DNA from: a virus
Length of the DNA: 64,000 nucleotides
Direction: 5' to 3' (one strand)
Virus record (IMG/VR): IMGVR_UViG_3300049489_000283
Coordinates: 1 to 64,000 of that record
Shown here: piece after piece, positions 36,683 to 47,800 of the stretch
Position numbering within the stretch: the first letter of the stretch is position 1
How the letters are laid out: the number at the start of each line of letters is the position of its first letter
The notes under the pieces: generated by a model
The model's database searches: none
What the model was told of the DNA's origin: nothing
Seen by the model: only the letters and a program-made list of their open reading frames with translations
Program-made: the position numbers and the translations under genes

Positions 36683-37101
36683 GGCTGCTGTTGAAATATC
36701 CGTTGCTTTCGAGCCTCCCGTGCGAGGAGTGTCACCGCCATATCTACAAGATCCCGACAGGTGTCCCGGATACTTATGAGGGAGAGAATGGCGAGGACGT
36801 TCTGATGAAGCGACCAGAGGGATCTCCGCCTCCTTGCGACATCTGTCCCAAAGGGATCAGGGTCGGAGAAGAGCATGTGCCTGACTGGGAAGGTCGCTAC
36901 ACGCTCCGCTGGGAGAACGTCCAGATTGTGGAGCTGTGGAATCGGCTTAAAGCTCCTGGATACCCGGTGCCTGAGCATCTCCTTGGCGATGGGTTGTTTG
37001 CCGATCGGTACGCGACGGTCGATGGGATCTTCAACGAGGTCCAGCGCGAGCGAGAGAACGAAATGCTGTCGTACGAGCTGGCCAAGCTGATCATTCGTTA
37101 A
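36679..37101 (+). CDS. Frameshift extension of the tail chaperone (gpT analog) with two CxxC motifs
   Basis: No good independent start (TTG). CEEC and CDIC. Confidence 0.7.
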   Translation: MRLLLKYPLLSSLPCEECHRHIYKIPTGVPDTYEGENGEDVLMKRPEGSPPPCDICPKGIRVGEEHVPDWEGRYTLRWENVQIVELWNRLKAPGYPVPEHLLGDGLFADRYATVDGIFNEVQRERENEMLSYELAKLIIR

Positions 37102-37163
37102 ATCGGTCGAAAGCGATCCAGTGAGCCTGTAGTCTTTGGCGATCCACCTGAAAGGATTACGAG

Positions 37164-40100
37164 ATGGCATCAGAAGATCGTGACGTACTGTTTCGCATTG
37201 GGTTCGCGGAACATCCGCAGGCCAGTGCAGCGCTTGAGAAGATGGCCGACGCTGTCGAAGGCGCCCAGGTCCAGATGTCTGGTTCGTCCAGCAAGCTGTC
37301 CAAGCAGGTCGTCTCCCAGGTCAGTGCCGTTAGCCAAGCTGTCCAAGCATCGACAGCAACGATCGATAAGCTGACCCAGAAGCTGGACACGATCGTCAAG
37401 CAGCGAATGAGCGTCCTGGACGCCGCCAACAAGGCGGCTGGATCTTCGAGGGGCTCTGGTGGATCTGGCCGATCCGGAGGCGGCGACAGCACGCAGGCGA
37501 TGCTTGGTATCGATCCGAAGTATCAGGCGATCCAGGATAAGTTCCTGGAAGACGTGCGGACGTTTGATGAGAAGCTGGCCAGCTTGACCCAGGAGCGAAT
37601 CGACTTCATCGATCAGTTCCATCGCAAGAGCACAGAGGACGAGCAGAAGTACGCGACCAGAATGAAGGATCTCTTCGGGGATCAGTACGAGAACGTGGTG
37701 AAGTACGTCGATCAGGTCAAGAAGCTGATCGAGTCGCATCGCGACCAGATGGAGGTGTTGGCGGACGCAGGGACTGGCCAGAAGCCCGGCGTCGATGACG
37801 ACCGAATGAAGGAGGCCAGGAACTCGATCGCGGAATTCCATGACTTCCTCGCTGGTGCCGGTGGTGAACTAGAGGAGGCAGTCTCGAAAAACCGCGAGAT
37901 GGCCGAGATGGCGGCAAAGGAGTGGATCAGCAGGTTCCGTGGCGTCGAGCAGTCGCTCACTGAGAATTTCCGGGCTGTCACTCGCTCCGAGAAGATGATG
38001 GAGCGGATGTTCAAGAAGGCGTCTGTTGGGATTGGCCAGCTTCTTCGCGCTGCCGCTGAATGGGACATCGCCAAGAACGGATTCACGGAGAAGATGATCC
38101 GTCAGCTTCTGGTCGTCCAGGCGACGATCGACACGGTCCATGGAGCCTGGGAAACCGTCGAAGCGGTGATGAAGGGCTGGGGTGCGTTCCAGCAGATGAT
38201 CGTCGCGTTTGATGGCATCCAGGCAGCCAGCGCAGCGTCAAGTCAGTTAGCGGCGGCGGGATCTGCCGAGGTCTCGACCGCGCTGAAAATGCAGGCATTG
38301 AGCGCGAGAGACGCCGCCGATGCGCACCGGATGCTGAATCGGGAGATGGGCGCTGGTCGTGGCCAGATTGGCGGCGCTGGGCGCCTCGTTGATGCGGCGA
38401 TGACTGGTTCGAGCGCGATGGATGTTTCCCGTGAGGATGCGATCAAGGAGCTGAGCGAAGAGCTGAAGCAGAACCAGAGTCTCTTCAAGCGGATCTCTGA
38501 AGTGATGAACTGGCTCGGTTCGAAGATGTCCAGCATGACCGATCGTCTGAAGGAGATGCTGACCAAGGGTCTGACGCTGTCCTACGGTGTCGGTGACGCC
38601 GCCGCGACAGGTGGGGCTCAGTTGTTTGAAACCAGACAGGCCAAGGACTTGCTGGCGAAACTGGAGAGGTTCGACATCAATGACGTGAAGGTGAAGCTGA
38701 AAGACTTCGGCAAGGCTCTTGGTCCCGCTGGCCAAGCGATTGGCAATTTCGCCAAGACGATTGGCGGGACGATCGTCACGATTGGTAAAGCGATCGGCTC
38801 TGCTGGGGCTGGCGCTTTGTCTGGCGTCGGGAGCGTGGTTGGATCAGCGATTGGCGGGAGGTTTGCCAGCGCCTCATCTGGTGCGTCTGGTGGCATGATC
38901 AGCACGGTCATGAAGACGATCACAACCACCCTGAAGCTCGCCTTGACTGGCCTTGCCAGTGTGATCTTTGCGGTGGTCGGCGGGATCGCGAAGGCAGCCG
39001 CTGCCCTATTTGCAGCGGGTTCGACGATCGGCGCCGCCGCCGCGCTTGCCGCTGGTGGATTGATCTTTGCGGGGAAGGTCATCTACGAAACAGGCCAGAG
39101 CATCTACAAGGATGGTCTGATGGCAGGCGCCGCTCTGGGCAGTTGGTCTGACAAGGTCGCCGACTCGGAGGTGAAGTTCGTCTCTTGGATCGGGAAGGTC
39201 ACTGGCCTGTTCGATCTGGTTGGCGATAGCGCGGTCGAGGATGCCGAGGCTCGGAGGAAGGAGCTGGCCGAGAAGCAGCGAGACATTGACGCGATGGAGC
39301 GTCAGATTCTCGAAATCCAGATGAAGGGGGCAAGAAGCCGACTACAGAACTCCCTGAGTTCTGAAGAGAAGATGTACGGTCTGATCTCGTCAAAGGAATC
39401 GGTCTCGCCAGCCCAAAAGATGGAGCTGCTTTCCAAGGGCGTGAACGATCTCAAGGTCAAGCTGACGGAATTTGGCGAAACTGGATTCGACGCGACCAAG
39501 AAGCTGCGGAACCACTACGACGAGCTGTCTCGCCAATTGGCGGAATCGAGCGCGAAGGTTTATCAGAACCCAGACACCGACGAACGTGACGACGACGAGA
39601 AACAGGCGGACCTAGAGGCCCATCAGCGGCTCATGGCTGAGCACTCAGAAGTGCGTGCCGCGTTCGAGCACGAGATGAACTCTGCAATCGAACATCGAAA
39701 CAGCCTCTACGAGACCCTGGAAGGCAGGCTGCGAGCACAGCGAGAAATCGTTGACAGCATGAAGAAGGATTCGGTTGAGCGGTTCCGGGAAGAGCTTAAT
39801 GGGATCGAGGAGGTTGTCCGCGCTCGCCAGAAAGAAATCGACAAGATCAAGGAATCTACCAAGGAGCTAATCGATCGTTACAAGGTCGAGAATGAACAGG
39901 AGTCGAAGGGGTCTGATCGTGACTTTGCTAACCTGAGCAAGTACGAGCAAAAGAAGTTTCTTGGGCTGATCAACCGCGCTAAGTCTGGCGAGAGCGACTT
40001 CAGCGATAAAGAGCTTGAGCTACTCGGTCGAGTCAGGACCGATTTCACGGAAAAGCTGGTCCAGGACTCTGCTAGCCGAGAGGCTCGCGCCGCCGGTTTC

Positions 40101-40511
40101 GATTCCAGCTCGCTGATCGATACCTCCGAGCAGCAGCGTGAGCTGGCTCAGAAGCAGCAAGAATACCAGAAGGAGCGAGCCGCCCAGGACGAACAGGCCA
40201 AGAAGCTGGCCCTTATGTTCAACATCCCGATCGAGGTCGCTCGCCAGAAGATTGATGAGATGACCAAGAAGGAGAAGGAGACCGGCAAGCAGGTCGATAT
40301 TGTGGACAAGCGAGCAGTCGAGCTGAAGCTGACATCCAATTTTGATGCCCAGATGTCGAAGCTCGAAGAGCGGCTGGTTGAGATCTTCAAGGCCCAAGAG
40401 GCCCAAGAAGACGCCAGGATTCAAGCGTCTGTTTACCGCGCGATGGAGGCGGCGAAGCTACAGAATCAGGCCAAGCGCCAGGGAGAAAAAGCAGCCTCGC
40501 AAGTCAAGTGA
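37164..40511 (+). CDS. Tape measure protein
   Basis: 1115 aa, helical, with an Ala/Gly-rich hydrophobic central segment. Follows the chaperone pair. Confidence 0.9.
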   Translation: MASEDRDVLFRIGFAEHPQASAALEKMADAVEGAQVQMSGSSSKLSKQVVSQVSAVSQAVQASTATIDKLTQKLDTIVKQRMSVLDAANKAAGSSRGSGGSGRSGGGDSTQAMLGIDPKYQAIQDKFLEDVRTFDEKLASLTQERIDFIDQFHRKSTEDEQKYATRMKDLFGDQYENVVKYVDQVKKLIESHRDQMEVLADAGTGQKPGVDDDRMKEARNSIAEFHDFLAGAGGELEEAVSKNREMAEMAAKEWISRFRGVEQSLTENFRAVTRSEKMMERMFKKASVGIGQLLRAAAEWDIAKNGFTEKMIRQLLVVQATIDTVHGAWETVEAVMKGWGAFQQMIVAFDGIQAASAASSQLAAAGSAEVSTALKMQALSARDAADAHRMLNREMGAGRGQIGGAGRLVDAAMTGSSAMDVSREDAIKELSEELKQNQSLFKRISEVMNWLGSKMSSMTDRLKEMLTKGLTLSYGVGDAAATGGAQLFETRQAKDLLAKLERFDINDVKVKLKDFGKALGPAGQAIGNFAKTIGGTIVTIGKAIGSAGAGALSGVGSVVGSAIGGRFASASSGASGGMISTVMKTITTTLKLALTGLASVIFAVVGGIAKAAAALFAAGSTIGAAAALAAGGLIFAGKVIYETGQSIYKDGLMAGAALGSWSDKVADSEVKFVSWIGKVTGLFDLVGDSAVEDAEARRKELAEKQRDIDAMERQILEIQMKGARSRLQNSLSSEEKMYGLISSKESVSPAQKMELLSKGVNDLKVKLTEFGETGFDATKKLRNHYDELSRQLAESSAKVYQNPDTDERDDDEKQADLEAHQRLMAEHSEVRAAFEHEMNSAIEHRNSLYETLEGRLRAQREIVDSMKKDSVERFREELNGIEEVVRARQKEIDKIKESTKELIDRYKVENEQESKGSDRDFANLSKYEQKKFLGLINRAKSGESDFSDKELELLGRVRTDFTEKLVQDSASREARAAGFDSSSLIDTSEQQRELAQKQQEYQKERAAQDEQAKKLALMFNIPIEVARQKIDEMTKKEKETGKQVDIVDKRAVELKLTSNFDAQMSKLEERLVEIFKAQEAQEDARIQASVYRAMEAAKLQNQAKRQGEKAASQVK

Positions 40512-40571
40512 TCGCTGGTGAAAAGAACATGAGGTCATCCTGACCTCCTGATCTCGTCTCAATTCGTTTCA

Positions 40572-41366
40572 CTATGGTCCGGGCAACTCGATCCCCATCG
40601 CGGCAAGATCCTCTGGCCAGAGCATGTCTGACGTTCCCTTGTTTCCGAACTCTGGTTCGCCGATCTTCCGCCGGAAGTTGTCCACCGATCGCTTTTGGGC
40701 GATGAGCATCCGGACGTGCCGTTGGTCGGCTTCGGAGAGAATCTTGAGATCGACCGTGATCTTCGTGTAGTCCGGCTTCATGATCGTGACTCGCTCGCCG
40801 TCCGACGAGTAGAACGCGCCGGTCAGCTTGCTCCCGTGGACCGCGTTCGTCCAGACTCGCTTGTAAGGGAGCGGCTTGGGTGGGAGCGAGTGGGTTGGCT
40901 TAGGAGGCTCGCCGCCCGGTCTTGCGACGAAGACCTTCTTGCTGCCACCGGCGACCGTTTCGTAGATCTCTGTGTCGAACACCTGAAGCATGACGCTACT
41001 AGGGAATCGGCTCTCGTCGGCGTACCTCCTGGTATCGAACTCGACCACCTTGATCTTGACGCCGGTTTTTTTGTTGATCACGTAGGCTTCCGTCTCGCTG
41101 ACGATCTGGTCGAACTCGCAGCCTGGGGCAGTTCCGAACGAGTCTATGGCCAGATGCTGGAATGACAGGGAAGGGGTGTTGTCGAACACGATCTCCTTGT
41201 GTTTCCCGCTCTTCATCAGCGAGTCGATTTCAAATTGGTTGTTCCATTCCCTAGACTCTCCTTTCCGGAGTCCGATGGGAAGTGGTGGAAGTTTCTTGGT
41301 CGGCACTTGGCCGACCGCTGTGGCCGCTAGGGCCAGGATCACGATCACTGTGATGTTGGTTCGCAT
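40572..41366 (-). CDS. Secreted protein with an SHD1 (SLA1 homology) domain, opposite-strand moron
   Basis: Signal peptide MRTNITVIVILALAATAVG. RVWT....SKLTGAF..SDGERVTI.K.D...I.V....LSEADQ..V. Confidence 0.75.
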   Translation of the reverse strand: MRTNITVIVILALAATAVGQVPTKKLPPLPIGLRKGESREWNNQFEIDSLMKSGKHKEIVFDNTPSLSFQHLAIDSFGTAPGCEFDQIVSETEAYVINKKTGVKIKVVEFDTRRYADESRFPSSVMLQVFDTEIYETVAGGSKKVFVARPGGEPPKPTHSLPPKPLPYKRVWTNAVHGSKLTGAFYSSDGERVTIMKPDYTKITVDLKILSEADQRHVRMLIAQKRSVDNFRRKIGEPEFGNKGTSDMLWPEDLAAMGIELPGP

Positions 41367-41440
41367 AAGTTCACTCCTATGCTTCTGGTGTTTCTGTAGC
41401 TCTACCTCGCTGGATTGGGAAGTTCCGCCCCTATTTGCAT

Positions 41441-41467
41441 TGCACTAAACCAGTGGTGTTAGGGCGC
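41441..41467 (-). promoter_or_regulatory. Variant of the bipartite motif upstream of the SHD1 gene
   Basis: GCGCCCTA-N14-GTGCA on the minus strand. Confidence 0.5.
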
Positions 41468-41548
41468 GCAATCTGGGCAGAATTCTCAAGATAGTCTGAA
41501 TCGCCGCTCCGTTCTGGAAAATGGCCCTGGTTTTTGCTCTCTATCGGC

Positions 41549-42283
41549 ATGAGCACATCCCAGGTCATTATCGGTTCCACGTTGCTCCGCGTCGGCTCCG
41601 TCGGGGTATCGATCAGCGGCGATTACGAGCTGGATGCCACCGGTGTCCCGTGGCTCAAGAATGAGGTCTGGGACATGGAGATCAAGCTCCTTGCCGAAGA
41701 GGGAAACCTCGACAACCAGATCCGGAACCTGGAGCTGGCTCTCATCAGCCTACCGGACAAGATCGGTGTCTTGAAAGACGGGAATCCCACGGCCCACTAC
41801 GTCCATATCTCCGAGACGCTGGGCGGGATCAGGCCGGTTCGGCCCCCGAGTTACAACCGGTTTCAGCAGGGCGAGCTAGTGACCTACAGGTCGGTAACCG
41901 CTTCGTTCATGCTCACCAAGCCGCTCTACGTGAGTCCCTACCAGATTGTCGAATTCAATGAAACGGTCCCGCAGGTCAGGGCAGCGAGGACTCTGGCTGT
42001 CTTGCAGCCGAACTTCGGTCGCGCGGTGGTCCAGCAGATTCGACAGTATCAGCACTCCAAGGTGACTCAGACCGGGACGGTTGTTTACGCCAGGGCTTAT
42101 GGTCCAATCCCTCCGCCGCTGTTCAATGTCGGTCAGGTTGGCCCACCGCAGATCACCCCGAGGTCTCCGAGAAAGATTGGGCACGGACAGTATGCTGCCG
42201 AGGTGGCGTTCCCGATCGACTACACCTACGAGTTCGTTTCCCCTTATTCACTGTCGGCGCTGCCGACCTATTGGATTAGCTGA
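41549..42283 (+). CDS. Probable distal tail protein
   Basis: First plus-strand gene after the tape measure. Confidence 0.55.
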   Translation: MSTSQVIIGSTLLRVGSVGVSISGDYELDATGVPWLKNEVWDMEIKLLAEEGNLDNQIRNLELALISLPDKIGVLKDGNPTAHYVHISETLGGIRPVRPPSYNRFQQGELVTYRSVTASFMLTKPLYVSPYQIVEFNETVPQVRAARTLAVLQPNFGRAVVQQIRQYQHSKVTQTGTVVYARAYGPIPPPLFNVGQVGPPQITPRSPRKIGHGQYAAEVAFPIDYTYEFVSPYSLSALPTYWIS

Positions 42284-44106
42284 TGAGCAGCGAATACGTG
42301 TCAGGGCAGTTCACGTTCCCTGGTATTCAGGGCGTGCTGTCCGCAAGCATGACGATCACCAACGGGATCGCTCCGAGTGTCATGCAGGTTTCGGTTCCCT
42401 ATGAGGACCGCTTGCTGACCGAGGTACCCAGAGTAGGCGTTGCCAACTGGTACTACGGTGGCCAGTTGATCAGGTCGTTCCCCTACAGCGCTGTCGGAGA
42501 CGTGAATGTCTCTCGGGCCGAGGGGGTTGTGTGGAACCTGTCGATCCTGGACCGCCGGTGGATGTGGAAGGGATACGTGATCTCTGGCGAATACAACGTC
42601 AAGATCAGCGATAAGCTGGCTGTTGTTCGCGAATTCCCTCGAACACCCAGGCAGCTTGCGACCCTATGCTTGCAAGCGATGGGCGAAGTCGGATTCAACG
42701 TCTTGGCGCTCCCAGGAGATGATTACCCCTATGTGAAGTGGGAGGTTGAAAATCCCGCGAACGCTCTAGCGAGCATCTGTGAGATGTATGGCTGCGAGGT
42801 GTCGCTCCAGATGGATAACACGGTCAAGATCGTTCGCAGGGGCGAGGGACGTGCGATCCCGTATCAACTTGGTCTGTCAAAGCAGTTGTCGATCGATCAT
42901 GTGTTCGATCCGGCTGAGTATCCCCAGAAGATTGTCTGCTTCAGTGCGCCGGTGGAGTGGGACGCTGATCTGCCGTTGATGCCGGTTGGGGTCGAGATTG
43001 ACGACACGATCAAGAAGCCGGAGGAGCTGTCGTACATCATTGCATCAGGCAAGACGTGGTACGAGATGCAGCCTGAATTCACTGACATTCCGGATAAGCG
43101 AGCAAGGAAGCTAGCCGTTGAGAATCTCGGTCGCTTGTGGCGAGTCGATGCTGAAAAACTCAAGCAATGGCAAATAGAGGCAGGCAGGGTGTATCTCGAT
43201 GGCGGATTGGTTCCAGTCGAGGATGTCAGACAGTTGCTTCCACTGATCCCTCGCCAAGTTCAAACGATTCTTGTTGACGGAGAAGTGAAGAACGCAGAGC
43301 CGTATGTTTGGGGCTACTTCTTTCGTGACAACGCCAGATTTGGAATAACGAAAGAATTCACAGAACAGGACATTGAAGACATGGAGGATCTTGGCAAGAT
43401 CCCCGTGGATTTTCGCCAGCTAGTCTATACGGGCAGCATCCAGATCGATGCTGAGAAAGGCACTGTGAAGTTTGATGAGCCAGTTTATGCGTGGGACGCC
43501 GGAGTCGGGGACGCCACCGAAAACATAGAACAGAGGTCAATAGAGTCAGCAAGGCTGTTCTTGAAATGCACGGTCAATCTCTACCACAAGGAAACGCGCG
43601 AGGTTCAGCGATATTACCGAGAGATGTCGATTGACCCGTCGAGTCCACTGACGGCGATGTACGAGGTTCGCGACGACGTTTCGATGTTCCGGTACAAGAA
43701 GAAGAAAGAGACAACGGAAGAAGAAACCGGAAAGAAGATGGTCGAGTGGGTCTGGGAGGACAATGCTCCGAAGGCTAGTGACAAGCTGGATTTCTATTTG
43801 TTTCAGATGGCGCAGGCATACCAGTCATTCCCAGCCGCCACGGCAAACTTCACCGGGTTCATCCCGATGGGGACCGACGGGGCGATTCGTCAGGTTGGGT
43901 ATTCGATCGATGCGTCCGGCGCCGCTACCAGCACGGTGGAGTACAACCGAGAAGACTCGCTCAAGACGCTGACGTTTGATGAAATGAGGCATCGCCAGAA
44001 GACGGCTGTGTACCGCAAGAGGAACGAACTCCTAGCCCAATCGAAGTCGCCAGATCCGAAGCAGCTCGCAGCATTGAACAAAGAGTACAGGAGGTTTGAC
44101 GACTAA
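42283..44106 (+). CDS. Probable tail hub/tip protein
   Basis: Position; D.RW.W...LA..CL...NALASICEMYGCEV pattern resembles gp27-like hubs. Confidence 0.55.
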   Translation: MSSEYVSGQFTFPGIQGVLSASMTITNGIAPSVMQVSVPYEDRLLTEVPRVGVANWYYGGQLIRSFPYSAVGDVNVSRAEGVVWNLSILDRRWMWKGYVISGEYNVKISDKLAVVREFPRTPRQLATLCLQAMGEVGFNVLALPGDDYPYVKWEVENPANALASICEMYGCEVSLQMDNTVKIVRRGEGRAIPYQLGLSKQLSIDHVFDPAEYPQKIVCFSAPVEWDADLPLMPVGVEIDDTIKKPEELSYIIASGKTWYEMQPEFTDIPDKRARKLAVENLGRLWRVDAEKLKQWQIEAGRVYLDGGLVPVEDVRQLLPLIPRQVQTILVDGEVKNAEPYVWGYFFRDNARFGITKEFTEQDIEDMEDLGKIPVDFRQLVYTGSIQIDAEKGTVKFDEPVYAWDAGVGDATENIEQRSIESARLFLKCTVNLYHKETREVQRYYREMSIDPSSPLTAMYEVRDDVSMFRYKKKKETTEEETGKKMVEWVWEDNAPKASDKLDFYLFQMAQAYQSFPAATANFTGFIPMGTDGAIRQVGYSIDASGAATSTVEYNREDSLKTLTFDEMRHRQKTAVYRKRNELLAQSKSPDPKQLAALNKEYRRFDD

Positions 44107-44837
44107 TGGCTCGCGACAATCTGTTCAGAAAGGATTTCCAACAGGGTCAGGCGGTCGTCAAGTTCAAGAACACGACGAACCTGTCTGTTCCTCCGTATGC
44201 TGCCATGATCATCACGTCATTCATAGATGACGAGGACACTGGCGAGCCGATCGCGCAGGTGCGCCAATGCACGAACGATGATGAGAAGATGCAGCTACCT
44301 TCAAGCCTGCTCTTCAATCAGCACTTCCCGATTCCGGCCAGTGGGACAGGATGGGGGTCACAGTCGATCCCTTGTTACACGATGCTTGGTGGTCCGGCGC
44401 TTTCGCCTCCGAGCGAGCCCGGTGGCGATGCGGTCCCGACGACCAACGAGTACGAGCCGGTTTTGTTTGACCATGTGGGTCCGATGGCCGGATCATGGCA
44501 GTTGTGGCCTGGAGGTCTAACGCACACGATCCAGCAGATCACCATCAACAAGACCAAGCGATACGCGGTCGTGACCGAGAGCCAGTCGTTCGGCGCGTTG
44601 ATTGAGCATCCGGCGTTTCCGGCGATGCCATCGACCAGCGTGGTGACTCCGGTCCAGTGCAAGGTTTGGATGATCCGCAAGAAGTCTGGCAAGGAAACCT
44701 TCATGGTCTCCAAGGGGATCTCCAGTCGTGCGGTTGCCGTCAACGTCTGGCATGTTGGCAGGAAGCCTGTGTCGGCTGGCAAGGGTCAGGCGAAGCTGTG
44801 CGGCAATAAGTGGTTGCTTGACGTTTCGTACTGCTAG
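44106..44837 (+). CDS. Minor tail protein
   Basis: TAATG coupling within the tail operon. Confidence 0.5.
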   Translation: MARDNLFRKDFQQGQAVVKFKNTTNLSVPPYAAMIITSFIDDEDTGEPIAQVRQCTNDDEKMQLPSSLLFNQHFPIPASGTGWGSQSIPCYTMLGGPALSPPSEPGGDAVPTTNEYEPVLFDHVGPMAGSWQLWPGGLTHTIQQITINKTKRYAVVTESQSFGALIEHPAFPAMPSTSVVTPVQCKVWMIRKKSGKETFMVSKGISSRAVAVNVWHVGRKPVSAGKGQAKLCGNKWLLDVSYC

Positions 44838-44848
44838 GGCTTATCTCG

Positions 44849-47800
44849 ATGTCGTTCAAGACCGGAAACCCTGGGTGCAAATGCTGTGGCTGCGCCGGGC
44901 AGTATTGGGACTTCTCGGTTGGGCAGTATTTCCCAACGGCCCATTGCCTTGTTCATACCAGAAGGGTCATTGATGTCAGTGCCGTCACTACCACGGTGAC
45001 GAAGGTGTATGTCGGAGGCGTCCTGAACTCTACGAACACGTCGAGCGCCCCGGCAGTGGAGTCTTCGGAGGAGATCGAGACCGACACGATCGACGACATC
45101 GCGGCTGCTGGTCGCTTCCGGTTTGTTCTCCATGATGTGATCGTCAATTCAAACCCGGTGACCACGGTGACGGCGGGGTCGGCAGAGAGTGGCAACTACA
45201 CGACCACAACGGTCTCGACCAAGACGACCACGGAGGAGACGGTCTACGTCGATCGGCGGCTGACTCTCCAGTTCCTGGTTGCCGATGAGTATCGGTTCGG
45301 AAAGAACTACCCAGATGGATCGGACGTGCTGAAGAAGGCGTTCGTGGACTTCACGGTGTCGAAGTTCTTCTATGGTCCGACCCAGAAGACAGATCCCAAT
45401 ACGCTCTCGGTGGATGGGTTCTACATTGCGGTTGATGCGGAGTTGCCAGCCGACATCGCTGAGTTCGATGCGCTGGTGGGCGACACGGCTGACTCGCATA
45501 CCTATGGATCTGGCTACCAATCGAAGGAGATGCTGCCGCTGATTCCGTCCGGGACAGTGTCTACGGTTTCAATTCTGTTTGACATCACGGACACGGATAC
45601 CGGCGCGCAGATCGACAATACCAACCTGTTGATCTCAGAGAGAAGTCTTCCGCTGCCGACACCGACCGGCACACTCAACTGGCGAGAGGCTCTCCGGAGA
45701 ACCAGCGACGGGGTCTATGAGACTCTCAGCGAGCTTCCGATCCAGGACTATCTGCTGGATTTCTTCCCGGCGTTCTACACCAATGCGCTCGGAGTCCAGG
45801 GTACCGAGATCACGTTTGAGTTCTTCACGAAGGACGAGGAGGGTGCGAACGAGATCCATTACGAACAGACGTGGTGGGCTGAGCCGACGGGAGTGGAGGC
45901 GCCAAAGTTCTCTCCGGCAGATCCGCCAAGGTATTACTGGGAGGTGAAGTCGGATGGCTCCGCTGGCGCATGGGTTCATGGGCGACCAGCGATCCCGCAG
46001 GCAACTTGGCCGGGTACGCCGCTCACTTTGGCGCTTGGTGTTCCGGTGGCGTCGTTCACGGTTCGAGACGAGGTGATCTCGATCCCAGGCGGTTATCAGA
46101 TTCGAGAGGGCGTGAAGTACAACTACGTCTCGATCCCGTATCACGTCCCGGACGATGAGGTTCCGCTCCCGGCGATGTTCATGCGGATCAGGGTCAGCTC
46201 ACCGGTGACGGATCTCGGGCTGGCGAGATGGACCGATGTTCAGCACAAGAAAGAAGAGCGGAACCTTGAGTGTCCTGAGTCGGTGGCTTGTCGGGACATC
46301 TCTCCGTACCATCATCCCGAGTTCAAGCTCAAGTCGATCTCGATTCCAGGCTTCACTCTCAAGCCGCTGGAGTCGGTGACGTACGCGGGATGCGGAACGG
46401 TGTTCCAAACCAAAACTCTCCAGGCCAATCCAGATCTCAAGTGGGTTCGCTTCGGTGAGTACACGGTGACCTACGCTCAGGAGTACAGGCCAACTTCGAG
46501 CCCTGTGTACTATGTCAGCCAGACTGTTGTCACGGGGAGTCGCCCAGCTCAGTGCGCCCCAGGTTGCGCTGCCGCCACTTGGCTCCCTGCCGTTGATATT
46601 TCTGAATATGACTACCACATCATTTGGGGTCCGCCTTCGTCAGCTCCCATCTACGAATCAGCAACGTCAGTGTCTGCGTACAAGTGTAACTCGCGGCCAT
46701 TCAAGTCGTTGGTGACAGTAAACCCTCCAGACGTAGGTAACGATCCGTTCTTCTTTCTTGCCTACTGCAACAATGACGGAACAGGGACTCGCTATATTTC
46801 TTCATACGCTCTTCCGTACAACGTCTACGAGGTGAACAACACTTGGCAATTTGAGACAGAGTACCAGCATTACGATGAGCCAACTGTCTGGGACTACGAG
46901 TCAACCGACGCATCGGCGACGATCACGGTTGGCGTAGCGATCCGCTACCCATTTGACGAGCAGACATTTCTTCCTCCAATCCCTCCTCCGTTCGCAACCA
47001 AAGGGATTCTTCTTCGTGGAGCGACTCACGGAGATGGTTTGCTGTTCATGCCGCTCGTGAGAAACGTGGCAGCAACGACATGGAAGTGCATCCATCAAGT
47101 CTTTGAACCTGACCAATCTGAGTTGCTGACGGTGGATCAGGTGACGGAGGTCCGTGGGTGGATGTCAACCACCGATACAGACATCAGATACTGGTACAAG
47201 GCAGAGAACCTCCACCAGTCATTCGATAGCACGCTGGAGTATGAGCCACAGGAAGAAACTGGGTTCGAGGCTCCTGAAGAAGAACTGACTGTTTCTGTCA
47301 CTGCTTCGATCACTTCGGTTGGATTTGCGGCGCCAAACCAGACAGACACAGAGTGGTGTGTCGGGCCGAGTTTCTTGCGTGGCTTCGGCACCACGATCAT
47401 CGCAGCGTGTGCGTTCACGAATTACCCGAACTCAGGGATTGAGATACCTCCGTACCCGTTCGATCAGGTCACCGATCCTTGTCAGTGTCCAGACTGGATC
47501 GTGAACAATGCGCCGCCGTTTCCATCGACGTTCGCCGACTCAAAGTTTTCTTTCCGAAAGTTTATTGTCGATGCAGGCACTGCGTTTGGTCACTACACAT
47601 GCTCTCCGACGCCGGTTCTTAATATCGCTACTTCGAGTTTTTCAAGCAACGAAGTTGTCGGATGGCCATCGACTTCGCCGCCAACATTCTCTCAGGGCGA
47701 TGCTGTTGATTTACGGTATGCGCCGACTGGTGGCGTTGGTGTCATCTTGAGTTCCCACATCCCAACTGGCACGCCTCCCGGCGCTGGTGAATGGGCTGGA

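Noticed and set aside
33102-44837. Contractile tail or tailocin
   Set aside because: No sheath or baseplate J-like gene was recognised, and head genes are present.
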